Assembly: GCA_022605425.2 (NCBI GenBank)
Contig: JAKIMF020000007.1
Span: forward strand, 868,001-932,000
Direction of reading: 5' to 3'
Source of the DNA: Hamiltosporidium tvaerminnensis FI-OER-3-3
Lineage: Eukaryota; Fungi; Microsporidia
DNA: 64,000 nucleotides
Shown piece by piece: positions 27,148 to 39,599 of the stretch. A model generated the notes under the pieces. It was not told where the DNA came from. It saw only the letters and a program-made list of their open reading frames with translations, and made no database searches. The first letter of the stretch is position 1. Each line of letters begins with the position of its first letter. The translations under genes were made by a program, and so were the position numbers.

Positions 27148-27959
27148 TTCTAGGATATTCCAAAATTATTTTAATACAAAAAAGATTCTTAGATAAGTAA
27201 GTTCTAAAATGGATGATACTAGACTCAAATTTAATTGATTTCTCGTATTTAAAATCTTTAATCTGAACCGAGAAGATAAAATGGTTTTCAATTAAAAAAT
27301 TAATTTTTAATTTATTAAATTTGGACGATTCAGATATTTAAAACTTGAAATCACTATATTTAAATTCATGTATTTAAACCAAATCTTATCCATATTTTTT
27401 ATTCGGTTTAATCAGATGAGCAAATATCTGGTTTTTAATTATTGACAAAAAGCAATTCAAAATTGCTCTGATACGCTTCGTTTGACTAGATATAACAATA
27501 ATATTTATCCTTCTTTCGTTTAATTGCTTTAAAATAATTATGAACGTAATATACCAATTTAATAAGTTTCAAATCATCTAAATCGAATATATGTGAAGGA
27601 AAACAACTTGGTAATTGCAAAGCTTGCCAAAATAATGTGCTATTAACAAAAAGACAATATAAAATTGGCTAAGCTGTTCAAATAATAGTAAGAACCAGAA
27701 ATAAATAACTGTTAATCTTTATTTGATATACCTATTTTTTGAAAGTATCGGTCCGCCAGAAATACTAACCTCAATGGAATGTTTATAAGCATCCTAAACA
27801 CAAAGCAAGGATAAAATAAACAAACAAAGGAAGTTAAGTAAAACACAAAGCCTTTTACTGTGATACCTCTATTCACAATTTATATATCTTAATTACTACT
27901 GTAACAGTAAATTTGCACTAAGAAAAATATAAGAGGAAGAATAAATCTATTTGCAACTA

Positions 27960-28669
27960 TCTATATGTGTTTAGATAGAATAAAATTGGGGCTTATTATT
28001 TATATAAAGGAGTATATTTATATAAAAAGGTATAGCAAGTAAAGTGTTTAATATTGGATTTTTATTAAAACGAGCTAATAAGAGTGTGGATTTAATAGCT
28101 TTAATATATCGTAGTATTTTCAGAGATGATGATGTGTGGTGGTAGTTTAAAGGGTGGTAAATATTTTTATTTGGTTTGACAGGTTTTTAGATAGATTGTT
28201 AGTACGTTAACGGGTGTCAATATAAGGGGTAATAGGAAGAGGTTGTTATTTAAACATGTAATGCCTCAAAATATATTCCGAAATACAAATTTAAAAGAAA
28301 TTTTTTCACTTTTCCTTCCCATTTTACCAGTTCCAACGAATATGCCATTTAAAAGTCTACGGTTTCCTTTCAACCTCTGTTTGCAGAAAATAAACAATGC
28401 ACAAGGTATAAACGCTGCGAGTGTGTAAAAGAGAGTTGATTGAAAGGGCTTTTATATAAGTAACTCTATGTTGCTACTTCATGCGTGGAAATCAATTTCA
28501 AATTTTAGCCTAAACTCTAAAACAAAGACAGTGGATATTGTATCATGTCAAGTACTCGAATGATGAATAAATACTATTCGAATTTTTATGAGTAATATAT
28601 TTTTTTAGTTTTATTATAGTTGAATTCAGTTTTTTATATTATCGCAGCAAGGTGCGACGGGTAAACTAG
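27960..28669 (+). mobile_element. Non-autonomous Helitron carrying a decayed Pif1-helicase C-terminus
   Basis: 5' A|TC and 3' CTAG|T ends, with a subterminal hairpin tcgca-gcaagg-tgcga. Internal PTNMPFKSLRFPFNLCLQKINNAQG and LYVATS match Helitron helicase motifs (FPVRLAFAMTINKAQG, LYVAxSR). The 5' boundary is less certain. Confidence 0.82.
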
Positions 28670-29399
28670 TACCATATAAAATACATTCGTTTCTTTCTAC
28701 AAAATCTTAATGTTTTTGATGCTCTTGAGTCTGAAAAGCCTTTTTTATCCTGATTAAACACTTAATCCTTGATTTGGCGAAAACAAAGGAGAGATTTATG
28801 TCTATTCGAAGTTACGACAAACTTTTATTATCTATTAAATGAGTGACGACGCGTAATTTATATATTGGTTTTCAAACACTCGTTAGTCGATGAAATGCCT
28901 TAAAATCGAATTACATATTTAGATTACTGTTTTTTTCGAAATTATGATTTAACACGCAGGATATCTGATTACTTATATGGTAAATTTTGAATAAAGCGTT
29001 GCAAAGATTATCTTTATGAAAACATAAAAAATTGATTTATGATTTTTTGGCTCCAAGAAAATTCTAAAATCGTAACGGAAATTCACAATTCGATTTTCTA
29101 ATACTATCTGATTTCAATTTTTACTTGCATATTAGTGCATAAGAAAAACGAATAAAATGAATACAAGCCATCAATACGATTTTTAAAACCATTGTCTATA
29201 TTTTAGTCTTATTCTCACATAAGACCTTATTTTAAATTATTTTTAATCTAATTTAAATGTCTGAAATTGGAAAAATTTTAAATCCTCCGAAGCTATACGC
29301 TTTAAAGGCTTTACATTCTTGCATTTGATTTAGTTTCACTTAAGGATCTGGTTTTGACTTTCTGTGATTTCCTAGTAGGGTTTTTAGATCCCCAAACAA

Positions 29400-30060
29400 T
29401 CTAGCTCACACCGCAGCGCCACAGCCCTTGGAGAGCTCGTGCTTCCTTTACGATTCTCCTTGTTATTTTCTATTAGACGCCAGGTTCTCTATTGCAATAC
29501 AATTAGTTTTTGGATGATTTTTTACCCATCTTTTTTTCGGTCTACCTCGTTCTCTCTCACATTTTTCAACCAATCTCAAAAATAAATTTTTCTGCCTTTC
29601 TTATCGGCTAGTGATATAAATAGTGAAAAATACCAAGCTACTCCATTAAAGATTCAATAGTTTACTTTTACTTTAATAAATACTAGTAAGGAAATTTCAA
29701 TAAGTCTCTACATTAATCACTATATTTTATACTTATATCCTAATATAGCGATTTAATATACCAATGATGTCTATATCTTGTATTCAATAAACCGATTTGC
29801 TTTGAAAGCAAGTATTTTAAGTAATATACGTGGGCTGCTTTTTCTAATAATCTAAAGATATGGCTGTTATGATCTCTTAACAAGCCAGATTTCCTATCAT
29901 TCTGATTTGTTCAAGAAAAAAGAAATCATATAACTGTTTGCTTTCAGCCGTAATGTAACTTTGACTATATTGCTTTGTATTCACTGCTCTTGTAACAAAA
30001 ATATTCAGGTGCTTTAAAACTCTAAAATTATTGGAATTACAAAAATTGGCTGCTTCAAAA
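29400..30060 (-). mobile_element. Degraded 3' part of an RTE-clade LINE
   Basis: Reverse-strand fragments YKAI*SKLHYG, RERGRPKKRW and RRIVKEARALQGL are characteristic of the RTE C-terminal region. Confidence 0.75.
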
Positions 30061-30091
30061 CTATAATTATTGAAATTTTTAAGGAAAATAT

Positions 30092-30308
30092 GCCAAGTGT
30101 CTAGTAGTAAGAATGTCGGTATTTACTTTTGAAAGGCCGGGTTCGATATAAGGTTGATGCACTCTTTTTTTTTCATTCGGAAGTTTGTGTGAGGCTGGTA
30201 ACCTAACCACCAATCAAAATAATATTGTCTTTGGACGCCTAGAACTTGGCGAAACATTTATTCATCGTTGGATTCTGTTCTTCCTGTAGAATAGGAGCGA
30301 GCTATTAA
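30092..30308 (+). mobile_element. Putative tRNA-derived SINE: decayed tRNA-Gly-like head (30092-30161) plus ~150-bp body
   Basis: The head gccaagtgtctagtagtaagaat...ggccgggttcgata..ggttgatgca has A-box- and B-box-like (GGTTCGA, 30140-30146) segments and a tRNA-Gly-like 3' end. The body recurs at 14256-14400. Confidence 0.6.
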
Positions 30309-32079
30309 ATGAATAATTATGCATGAAAATATATCACAATCACTTTATTCTTCCATACCGTTGATCTTGGTTTAATTCTTAAAAATGCCTTAAAAGTAAT
30401 TGCTTTTTTGTAGCACTGTCTTACCTAAACGGAACATATTTCCAAGGTGCTGTATGCCACTTTAGTAATCTTTTAATGTATTTTCCTGTTAGTCCTCAGC
30501 TTCATCCTAGTATTGAAAGAGACTACTATATTAAAAGCAATACAAATCACAAGAATCTTCTGAAATCTCTCGGACAGAATTATATCGTAGTAATATACAC
30601 AAAATCGAAGAAAAAGAAACCGTGGGGATTTTTCGGTCAAAAACTTTGATAGTGGTACTTATTTTATAGCTATGACATAAACTAAGTGTAGTATTTTTCT
30701 ATAATTAGTTTAACCTAAAGGCTCATTGCATGCATCTAATTCGTTATGAACTTGTATTCAATGCACAATATTTGATATGTTTATAGTTAGAATAACAGAG
30801 ATATTGCAGGTTAGCTTTATAATTTACTTATTGTATGAATAAAAGAAATTATGATCTGAAAACCTTTACACTTCTGTCCTTAATTCTATCTTTGATTATA
30901 TCGAAAGTTTTATCGGGGAAAGTGGTAAGACTAAACTTGTACTATTTATTTTTTATGAACTTTGAAAAGTAACGAATTTTATAAGCCATTCTACAGATCA
31001 GATACGGTTTTTTATAAAGTAAAAATAGTTACAAACAAAAAACATGACATGACCGATGCAAAACATGTATTTTTCAAGAGCTATAGTTTAACATAAGTAA
31101 GGCTGAAACAAAATTTCATGCACTCTACAAATATTTCACAAAAAATGAAATCAGAAAGACATATGACAGCGTAGAGGTAATTGCGGCATGTTATTCACAA
31201 AAAGATCATTTCTATGTATATACTTTTTTTGTAATCTTATGAAGGTATTACTGCTCCGTGGTATTCATATTAGTATTAATTCGAAATTTTTCATCGTATA
31301 AAAGGTTTTCTAAAAGCCAAGCTTCGGGAAATTGATTTTAAATGCTTTTGGAAAATTTATAAAATTTACAAAGATTTATTATGAAATAACAAACCTATTT
31401 TAAAAATAAAATATTTTATAATATTTTCAAGGAACTTACAGTCTTTCCAATCCCATATAGATACACTCTCCCAACATACCCCATAAATATTCTATACTAT
31501 ACCCATATCCCGAATATCTTCATATAAATGTGTTTAGAATTCGTTTTATACAAGTTTTTTTCGATGCAGTTGTCTCAGTTGCCTGATGTGTAATCGCAGA
31601 CCAAAAGTGGGATATATTCTCAAGACCAAACAGCAATGCTCTTACTTTTTATTTGAAATCAAATATATTATTGCGTAAAATACATCCCAGAGGCTCAAAT
31701 CGAACATATCGAGGCTTTGCAATACTCATATATAATGCAATGCTCATTCATTTTAAATTTTATAAAAGTATATTTTTCTGTATCTCAAAGCAATAAATTT
31801 TCCAACAAGAATCGGAAAGGCTATGCTCCTATGATTTTACAGAGCAACGATCTAAAGCACCAGTCCTGATCTATAATTTGACTTCATTAAAAATAAAGCC
31901 TCTCTTTATTGAGTTTTAGCCTTCTCAGACACTCTTCTATTTATACAAATACCATATATCAACGAAAAGAGCTTTATTTTTTTACATCACATCATAAATC
32001 CAAACAATAATCTTCATATAAGATTTACCTAACCATTTTTGTTTAGTAACATTATGAGTTAAAGCCATTTTCGCAGTTA

Positions 32080-33570
32080 TTTATTTTTTTCTACCTCCTT
32101 AACCAGCATTTGTTCTTATTCTAAATCCGACTTTTTATTTATGTTTATCGTCAATTCGTCACACGTGGTTCTTTCGCCTGAAATATCGGGTGTATTATTT
32201 CTTATATTTATTTTAACAGCATTTTCGTCGTTTTTGGCTTGTTTTAAAGGGTGTGTTCGTTCTTGTGCATTTTGTCTTTTTAATAAAACATATTAACGCT
32301 CTTTCTTAGCTTTCTTCAGCATCCTGTTTAGACTCAAGTCCTCTTCGTAGATCAAAAGAAATTTTTTTGACTGTCTTCTTAAGTATTATCGAATGAATGT
32401 ATGTCTCTATATTATGCGGTATTTGCTGTCTTTTAGCCCGTGATTTATGTTCTTTGAACTATACCGTCCCAAGTCATTCATACGGAATTATTTCACACTT
32501 CAATTACAAATAAGATACATCTCATTGGCCTCGAATCATACTTCCTAAGTTTTTCGGTTTCAACTATTTTAAGTAAATCTTGGTAAATATTTCCTACTTC
32601 AATATCTGTATTCTTATTCTTTTTCTTATCTAAAAAAAAAATCGGATCTGATATTCCAAATCTTGACATAAGTTTTTGTTCTGGTGTTTACTTTTATCTC
32701 TGCATGCTATTTTTCTAGAATTTCTTGAACTAGTGACTCTTTATTCGTTTTGAAGACTAAATTTATATATTTTAAGAAAAGAAAGTGCAGTTGTAGCCAC
32801 GGCATTATGCCGTAAGTAAAGTCATTTCTAGTGTTTTTTCACATGAAGTTGCTTCATGATATTCAGTTTACCAGACTTGCCGATATGTTGACACATATCA
32901 CCTGCTCCCCAGAATACCCTCCTATCCTCAAATAACAAAACACGGATTCATCTTAAACATTATTGCATTCCTCTTTTAACTCTCGGTGTCGAGAATGAAC
33001 AACTAGAAATTTTCAACCTCTATTTTTAATCGGTTGTAACTCGGAATTATGGAGATAAGCCCATAGATTCAATGTAGTTTATATCCTACCAAAATGTCAA
33101 CAATAATTTTCACAGAAATTACACACAATTATTGCCAACTAGATGGTTTTTGATGTAGTCATCACCATTCTGCCTGCATTGCTTCATCTCAGGGCCTAAT
33201 ATTCCCCTTTTTAGCCATCTAAAAGAATCACCAACAGTTTTAAGCTAATTTTGTCTTGCATTATATAACTTTGTGTGAAGTTTCCCCTTTAAAGCTCGCT
33301 ATATAATTTTGCAAGTTGAGCTTCTTTTAAATTCTTCTTAGTAACTTCTTCTAACAACCTATACTTTACTTTTAAGAAGTTTTTTTTTAGTACAAGGTGG
33401 GTTGTAGTAGTATTTTCTACCTTTGAGATTAATACTCGTCTTGTCGAAATTTCTTTATTTTTTCCAGACAATCCAATAGTTGCAGAAGCATATGTTCGCT
33501 TCGCAACACAATACTATGAAGGCCTCTTTGAAGTTCGGTTCTAGGAATTACAGACTCTCTTTAATTACTG
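32080..33570 (-). mobile_element. Degraded 3' third of the RLE-type non-LTR retrotransposon
   Basis: ORF 33289..33471 (LKVKYRLLEEVTKKNLKEAQLAKLY) and downstream sequence align to 22550-23950. Confidence 0.85.
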
Positions 33571-33689
33571 GGCGAAAAATAAAAATATTATAAAATATAT
33601 TCGAATTAAAAAATATATAAATTTGCATAAAATTTTCTGACTTAGGAGTAATTAAATTGTCTATTCAATGTTACGTGTTTATTGCGGAG

Positions 33690-34530
33690 AACTATTTTGT
33701 AAAATTTCTCAAATGCAAAAAAACAACGACTGTGACTTAGAGGAACCATTTTTTCTTGGAACAACCCGATTTAACTAAATCACGTTTTGTTTGTAATGGA
33801 ACTCTAATGGCTAAATTCTTTCTCTAGTAAGGATTTGTTTCTTCTGTACGTTTTGTGATAAGAAATATACCATATACTTCTTCGGTGTAAATAAACTCTA
33901 CAATTTGAATTCATGACATAATTTAGATTATTTGGAGATTCAAATTTGAATTACCATATGATGCCTTTAATGCAATAGGTGATTTTGAAGGTGCAACTAT
34001 AGCAGACTCTATTAAAAACGCAATCTTGCTAATTCAATACGATCGCTTGTATTCCTTTTGAAAAAAATTGGCGGATCCGGAGAAATAAATAAAATAGATA
34101 AAACGATTAAAGGCAGGGGGAACCATAATGGAGGTTATCTTGCGGATTCACATAGAGTATAAAGAGCCATTTCAACGCAAAATTATAGTAATCTATGCAA
34201 ATTGCTCAAAATAGTACGTTGCATTTTTTAAAAAACTACACGCTATAATTCATCTCTTTAATAAATACAATTTCTCCGATAAATATTGTTCTTATTTACC
34301 AATATTTAGAAAAAATCAAGATTCCTTATGATTGATTGAAAAATTCAGAAAATTTTGTTTCAAAATCAGATATTCATACAAACACAATTAAAACTTTATG
34401 ATAAGATCTAAAAGATTAAAAAAACATAATTTTAACAATAGGGATGGGTTAGATGATTATATTTACGAGTTTATTCACAAGATAAATCATCGATATAGAT
34501 TCGAAGCACACTTATTTTAAAAGTATTTGA
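33690..34530 (+). mobile_element. Degraded Merlin (IS1016/ISXO2-like) DDE transposase
   Basis: Fragments IGGSGEINKIDKT, SDKYCSY, DIHTNTIKTL and YIYEFIH match Merlin motifs IGGPG.IVEIDES, SD.W..Y, VHTNTIE..W and YL.EF in the correct order. Confidence 0.7.
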
Positions 34531-35249
34531 TCCTTACATTAAATGGAGTAAATATATTTAAAATGATTTTATTTCAATTTAAATCCATTATTTATTGCTT
34601 ATTTGCGTTAATGTCTTTAAAAAAAATATAACACTTGCGCTGTTGTAAAAAGATGTGATAGTTTTAAATAAAAGTTTCAGTATTAATTTTATTCGTTATT
34701 CACGGGTAAAAATAAAATTTTTTTTCCACTCTGGTCTTCATTGAAAACTCAACCTTAAGACCATTTCAATCTTATGTTAAAACATGGTTTCACTCTGTTA
34801 AAAATCATATAAGTAGCAAGATTAATATAAAACAAGACGCTTTACATAATATTTCTACTGGGCAAGTTGTTAAATTATAATATTAAATTAAAAATTTGAT
34901 ATTGACATATTTCCACGAATATTTACAGAAAAACAAGTTAATTACGCGTGAAAAATAGCATTTTAGATACCTTGATACTCATGGCGAAGAAATCGAAATC
35001 GATTGAAATTATTTAGTTGACGCTGTCCTATCTAGAAACTTATATCGTTTAAATGTATATACTTCTATTTTTTTCCTGTTAAGATACGATTTAAAGATAT
35101 AATCGAGGCCAAAATTGCTATAAAAACCATTGTTTATTTTTTAAATTAAGTATAAAATATATAATTTTTGTGGTAGTTTAATAAAGGTAAATTTTGGGTT
35201 AAACCATTTCTTAAACACCTGAAAACCTATTGTTTTTTATAAGTGTAAA

Positions 35250-35979
35250 CTTTATTTAAAAGTATCACATCTTTTTTAAAACAGTGACAAGTGTTATATC
35301 TGTTTTCATGACATTAACGCAGTTCTAGGTTTAACATAAATAACTGCTACCCCAAAACTCCATCAGTAACCCCTGCGATACCTACGTCCCAAAGCCTTTC
35401 ATCTACCAGGTGTGTAGAACCTAATTACTAGGCGAGGCAGTTGCCCGGAGTTCGTTAATGTCCGTTGCATGGAGTGTGATCGAAGGCCGAAGCCCCCCCT
35501 GGGCTCCCCCAAGACTATGCAGCATTCCCACTTACTCTACACTTTTTGAACCCAATAAACTTCTAGCTAAGATATATTTCAGAGATTTACATGGTATCCA
35601 CCTAGACAGTGCAATGTCATACCAACAGGTATAACCTGCTACTTAGCTTTCCTGGCTTTATATGGTTTTTTGTTTTGTATCTCCCAGGCGCTAAGTCTTC
35701 TAACCCCAGTGAGCAAGGCTAGGTTTCCATGCTTTTACATGGCAATTACCTACATGTTCAGCCGCGGTCTGCAATCTGGTTACATAAAAAACTACAAATA
35801 AATTTGTAGAAAAAGTTTCTCCATTTCTTAGACCTCTTCTCCTCATAACAACTCTCATGGAACAACCGAAGATGTAGTGTGGTTTTATTCCCACCAAAAA
35901 TCCAAACAATGACCTCACACCAGTTTCACACACTCATTGCCAAGCAGAAAGTTTTTTATGTGGTTATCCTCCCTCCACC
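35250..35979 (-). mobile_element. Young copy of the ~720-bp non-coding element
   Basis: Near-identical to 9854-10570 with the same termini. Imperfect flanking duplication ataagtgtaaa / ataattttaaa. Confidence 0.92.
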
Positions 35980-36054
35980 ATAATTTTAAAATATATGTAA
36001 AAATTTTTATTAATTAATTAAATTAATATAAAATGTCAGATTAACCCCTATAAT

Positions 36055-38292
36055 ATGATAATTAGAACGTTTAAAAATATATTTCTTAATTATTTTATTT
36101 GTTATCTAAAAGTTGTATGTCTTTCAAATTTAGATACTAATTGTTATTTTAAACAAGATAACTGCACTTTTGCAGCCGATAATTGCAACGGTAAAAATTA
36201 TGATAAGGTTTTAGATCTTTATACCCGACCAATTCCCATCAGTGATCCTTCGAGATATTTTCCATCTATAACTTTATCAAATCGATTTCACCCATATAAT
36301 TTACCTCGAAAATCCCAAGAAAAATCTATAGACATAACTAAACATATTTCACACAATGATCAATTCAATCCACAAAAACTACCCAGTTGTTTATATTCAA
36401 GTTATATATCGTCACAGAATATATCTACAGATGATAATTTACCTCGATTTGACTTGGCATTTTGTCATTTAATAGAGTCAAATCAAAGTGCATTGCAAAA
36501 TAAAGATGTTCCGAATCTAGAATCGACTGCACAAAGCAATATTTTACTACATCAAGAAAAACAATTCTTATTTGCGCAGCAATATCAATTATTACCTGAG
36601 AATAGCGATAAAAGCAATACTAAAGAATCCGAAAGCTGCGTATCTGATTTGAAAACCCCAAACGCATTAAGTTCACTAATTAATTTTCACGATGAATTTG
36701 ACTATAAAGGCACAATATCTTATTTAGAATTTTTGAAAAAAATAACACTTCACAATGCTACACCCAAATCCTATGAAGAACAGTATGATTTAAAACGTGC
36801 TAAAAAAAGACTAAATTTATTGCTCTCAAGGCAAGAAAGATATGTTGCGACTGCTGATAATAAAAGTTTGCTATCGAAATGTGAAGAAGGAGACAAACTT
36901 AATATGATTTGTAACAAATATCATAATTATACTAGAGAATATTCAATGACCCGATGGAAAAAAATAGGTATCCACATATTCCGCCGATTGAAAAGTATAC
37001 AAAAGGAATACGATTCTATTCTCAAATCCTTTATTAAATTGGAAGAATTTGTAATAAATAGTAAAGAAAAAAATGCCAATGACATTGTTTTGAATAATAT
37101 TGCTAAAATGAATTTAGATGAAATTTTTATAGGTGAATTACACGCTCATTCATATAAAGATTTGATTTCTTCGAATATTAAAAATATTTTTGATAACATA
37201 TTCCTGAAAAACAAACCATGCATTTGGGAAACACAATCGAATGCACAACGTTTAACATACACTGTTCAAGAGCTAGAACATATATTTTCTTACGAAATTG
37301 CAAATTTAAAATCTCAGGATACTGATATTTCTAATGTAATTAAGGTATGTTGGTATTTTGTAGATTATGAAAAAGTACTTTTCCAAGATATGGACATAAA
37401 TATGATATTAGAAGCTTTAAACCTACCAAAAATGACAGAAACATTGGTTAAACTTAATGAATGCATGAAGATAGATTTATTTTATGAAATATTGGTCTTA
37501 ATTGAGCGATATGGCAAAAATCTTGAACAAATTATAAAAAAAAATCATGTTGTTTCGACAGTTTTTCTCTTAAATGCCTTGGTCATAAATTTTCAACAAA
37601 TCAACTACACTCATTCGCAAAGTAAGTCATACGAAGATTTATATAAAACATCAAAAGTAAAAATTAATGCCGATATTTTCTATAGAGGAAAACTTTTTGA
37701 AGAACTCTTGAGAAATTTAGAAAACTACGAAACAATAGCAAATTTGTATGGAATGCTCAACACATGTAGATTTATTTTGAATTTAGTTATCTCTAGAAAA
37801 AGTCGAAGTACTTTATTTTTTTTGCAAATACCATGTTTGATAGCAATGATTCTAGATGAATCGTTTATATCTAATAAAACACAAACCAAGGAATTTTTCG
37901 CTTTTATTCTATTGCTTATTAAAAAAAAAGAAATAATCTACAGGCAGAAAGAATTCTATAATGACAAGATACAATATTTTTTTGAGACAAATTCTCCAAT
38001 AATTGATAAATTAGTGAATTTTAACCTAATGCTAATCAAAAAATACATAAATTTAAGGCAAAAGAGATACCTGAGGCGTATATTTTATGAGAAATGTGAG
38101 AACGTATTCAAAAGCTTAGTCGCTTTAAGCCAAAATATACCAAAAAAAGATTTAAAATTGAAAAAATTATATGCCTCGCAGTTGTATTGGATAATGATAT
38201 TTGGGAAAAAAAGTTTAATATATTCAAATAACCGTAATAATATATCCCTTTTGGCTACAAATCTCAGAAAAAAAATCAATGAACTTATTTAG
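36055..38292 (+). CDS. 745-aa hypothetical protein, probably secreted
   Basis: Long intact ORF with a signal-peptide-like N-terminus, a polar linker and a helical C-terminal domain. CCCC motif upstream of ATG. Confidence 0.85.
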   Translation: MIIRTFKNIFLNYFICYLKVVCLSNLDTNCYFKQDNCTFAADNCNGKNYDKVLDLYTRPIPISDPSRYFPSITLSNRFHPYNLPRKSQEKSIDITKHISHNDQFNPQKLPSCLYSSYISSQNISTDDNLPRFDLAFCHLIESNQSALQNKDVPNLESTAQSNILLHQEKQFLFAQQYQLLPENSDKSNTKESESCVSDLKTPNALSSLINFHDEFDYKGTISYLEFLKKITLHNATPKSYEEQYDLKRAKKRLNLLLSRQERYVATADNKSLLSKCEEGDKLNMICNKYHNYTREYSMTRWKKIGIHIFRRLKSIQKEYDSILKSFIKLEEFVINSKEKNANDIVLNNIAKMNLDEIFIGELHAHSYKDLISSNIKNIFDNIFLKNKPCIWETQSNAQRLTYTVQELEHIFSYEIANLKSQDTDISNVIKVCWYFVDYEKVLFQDMDINMILEALNLPKMTETLVKLNECMKIDLFYEILVLIERYGKNLEQIIKKNHVVSTVFLLNALVINFQQINYTHSQSKSYEDLYKTSKVKINADIFYRGKLFEELLRNLENYETIANLYGMLNTCRFILNLVISRKSRSTLFFLQIPCLIAMILDESFISNKTQTKEFFAFILLLIKKKEIIYRQKEFYNDKIQYFFETNSPIIDKLVNFNLMLIKKYINLRQKRYLRRIFYEKCENVFKSLVALSQNIPKKDLKLKKLYASQLYWIMIFGKKSLIYSNNRNNISLLATNLRKKINELI

Positions 38293-38329
38293 TCTTAAAA
38301 TAATTTTTCTGAAATAATAAAATTGGATT

Positions 38330-38950
38330 TAGATGTTTTCACTTACATGTATCTCTTCTATTTCTTTAACTAATATATTTTTCTCATATAAGTCTGACTT
38401 ATCGTTTATATTTATAGTCGCTTCCCTAAATGCAATTTCTCTTTCTGAAATATAGAATGCTACTTCTTTTAAATGTTTAACATATTGTTCTATATGTCTT
38501 GCTTGTCTTAAAGATATAATTTCTTATCATGAATCTTGGTATTCAATAATTCTCTTTAAGGCTATTTTCATCTCCCCTTCAGGATTTAGTCTTGACTCAA
38601 GCATTATCCGTCGATCAAAAAAATTGTTTTGAATATACTTCTTAGTACTATCAACGGAATCATTTTCATGAAATTCATGACTATTTGAAGTTCTTTGAAA
38701 CCAACATCGTGGGTTTCGCATCATGTTTAGCTGGACTGTACGTAAAGAATTATCCTCACGCTACATTTAAAAAATAACCTGTTCTATTTGCTAACAGACT
38801 GTAACTCGTAAGATTTACAGTGCCAACTATTTTAAGTATGCCTTGGAATGCGATTCTAATTCAATCAGCTTTATCATGTTTTCGAGTATATCCTGAAGAT
38901 AATTTATCGGTTTTGATTTATAATTTGAAAACAAAATTTTATTCACCAAA
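38330..38950 (-). mobile_element. Degraded 3' fragment of the RLE-type LINE
   Basis: The reverse strand gtactaagaag..aaacaattttttt.gatcgacgg..gcttgagtc matches 23673-23730. Confidence 0.7.
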
Positions 38951-39599
38951 ATATAAAAAGTAAAAAAATTCTATGGGAAAACAAAAAAAGCCCGTTGTAA
39001 ATATTTCATTTATATGTTTAGTAGTAGTTTTTTTTGTTTGCAGCTTTGAAATTGTATAAAATGTAAGATTGTTCAACAATCTAAAATCACTTGTTCTTCT
39101 TTTAAACTATACCGGATATTAATAACAATTAAAACTTTATTTTTTCTGCTTTAAAAAACGGTTAAACATATCAAAGATCTAAATTTTTGTACTATAAATG
39201 TAATTACTGTTATAAATACAAGTTTATTTCTTTTCCATTAAATATAAAAATCAAAACTATAACTGAAAATTTTCCGTGTAATATATTTACCGAATTCCAA
39301 TATAAGTAAAAACCTGTAAAGAATATAACTAAATAAACCACGCAGAATTTTTTTATTTAGTATGTTTAATTTAAATGCCTATGTTTTAGAGTTATATCTA
39401 ATTCATAATTTATATTCGAGTGCTTTATTTTATCAATGGTATTACTATTTTCAACTATAATAAAATAATCCAAAAAATAAAGATCGGGTATCCTTTTACA
39501 CAGATTATTCGATGTTTTTTTGAATGGTGAAGAGAAGATAACCTCTTTGTATGGAATGGATACGAGAAATTGTAGTGAAAATTCTTGTTTGGTTTTTGA

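Noticed and set aside
30092-30161. Functional tRNA gene
   Set aside because: The acceptor, anticodon and T stems do not pair properly. Treated as a SINE head or pseudogene.
30225-30260. Hammerhead core (stem followed by GAAAC)
   Set aside because: The upstream core reads ctttgga in both copies rather than CTGANGA.
31440-32080. Possible further transposase fossil
   Set aside because: Coding-like composition, but no motif I could assign with confidence.
35700-35933. 77-aa ORF also present at 47718..47951 as a small conserved gene
   Set aside because: It lies inside the 720-bp element, starts at GTG, and is frameshifted in the 9854 copy. The similarity reflects repeat copies.
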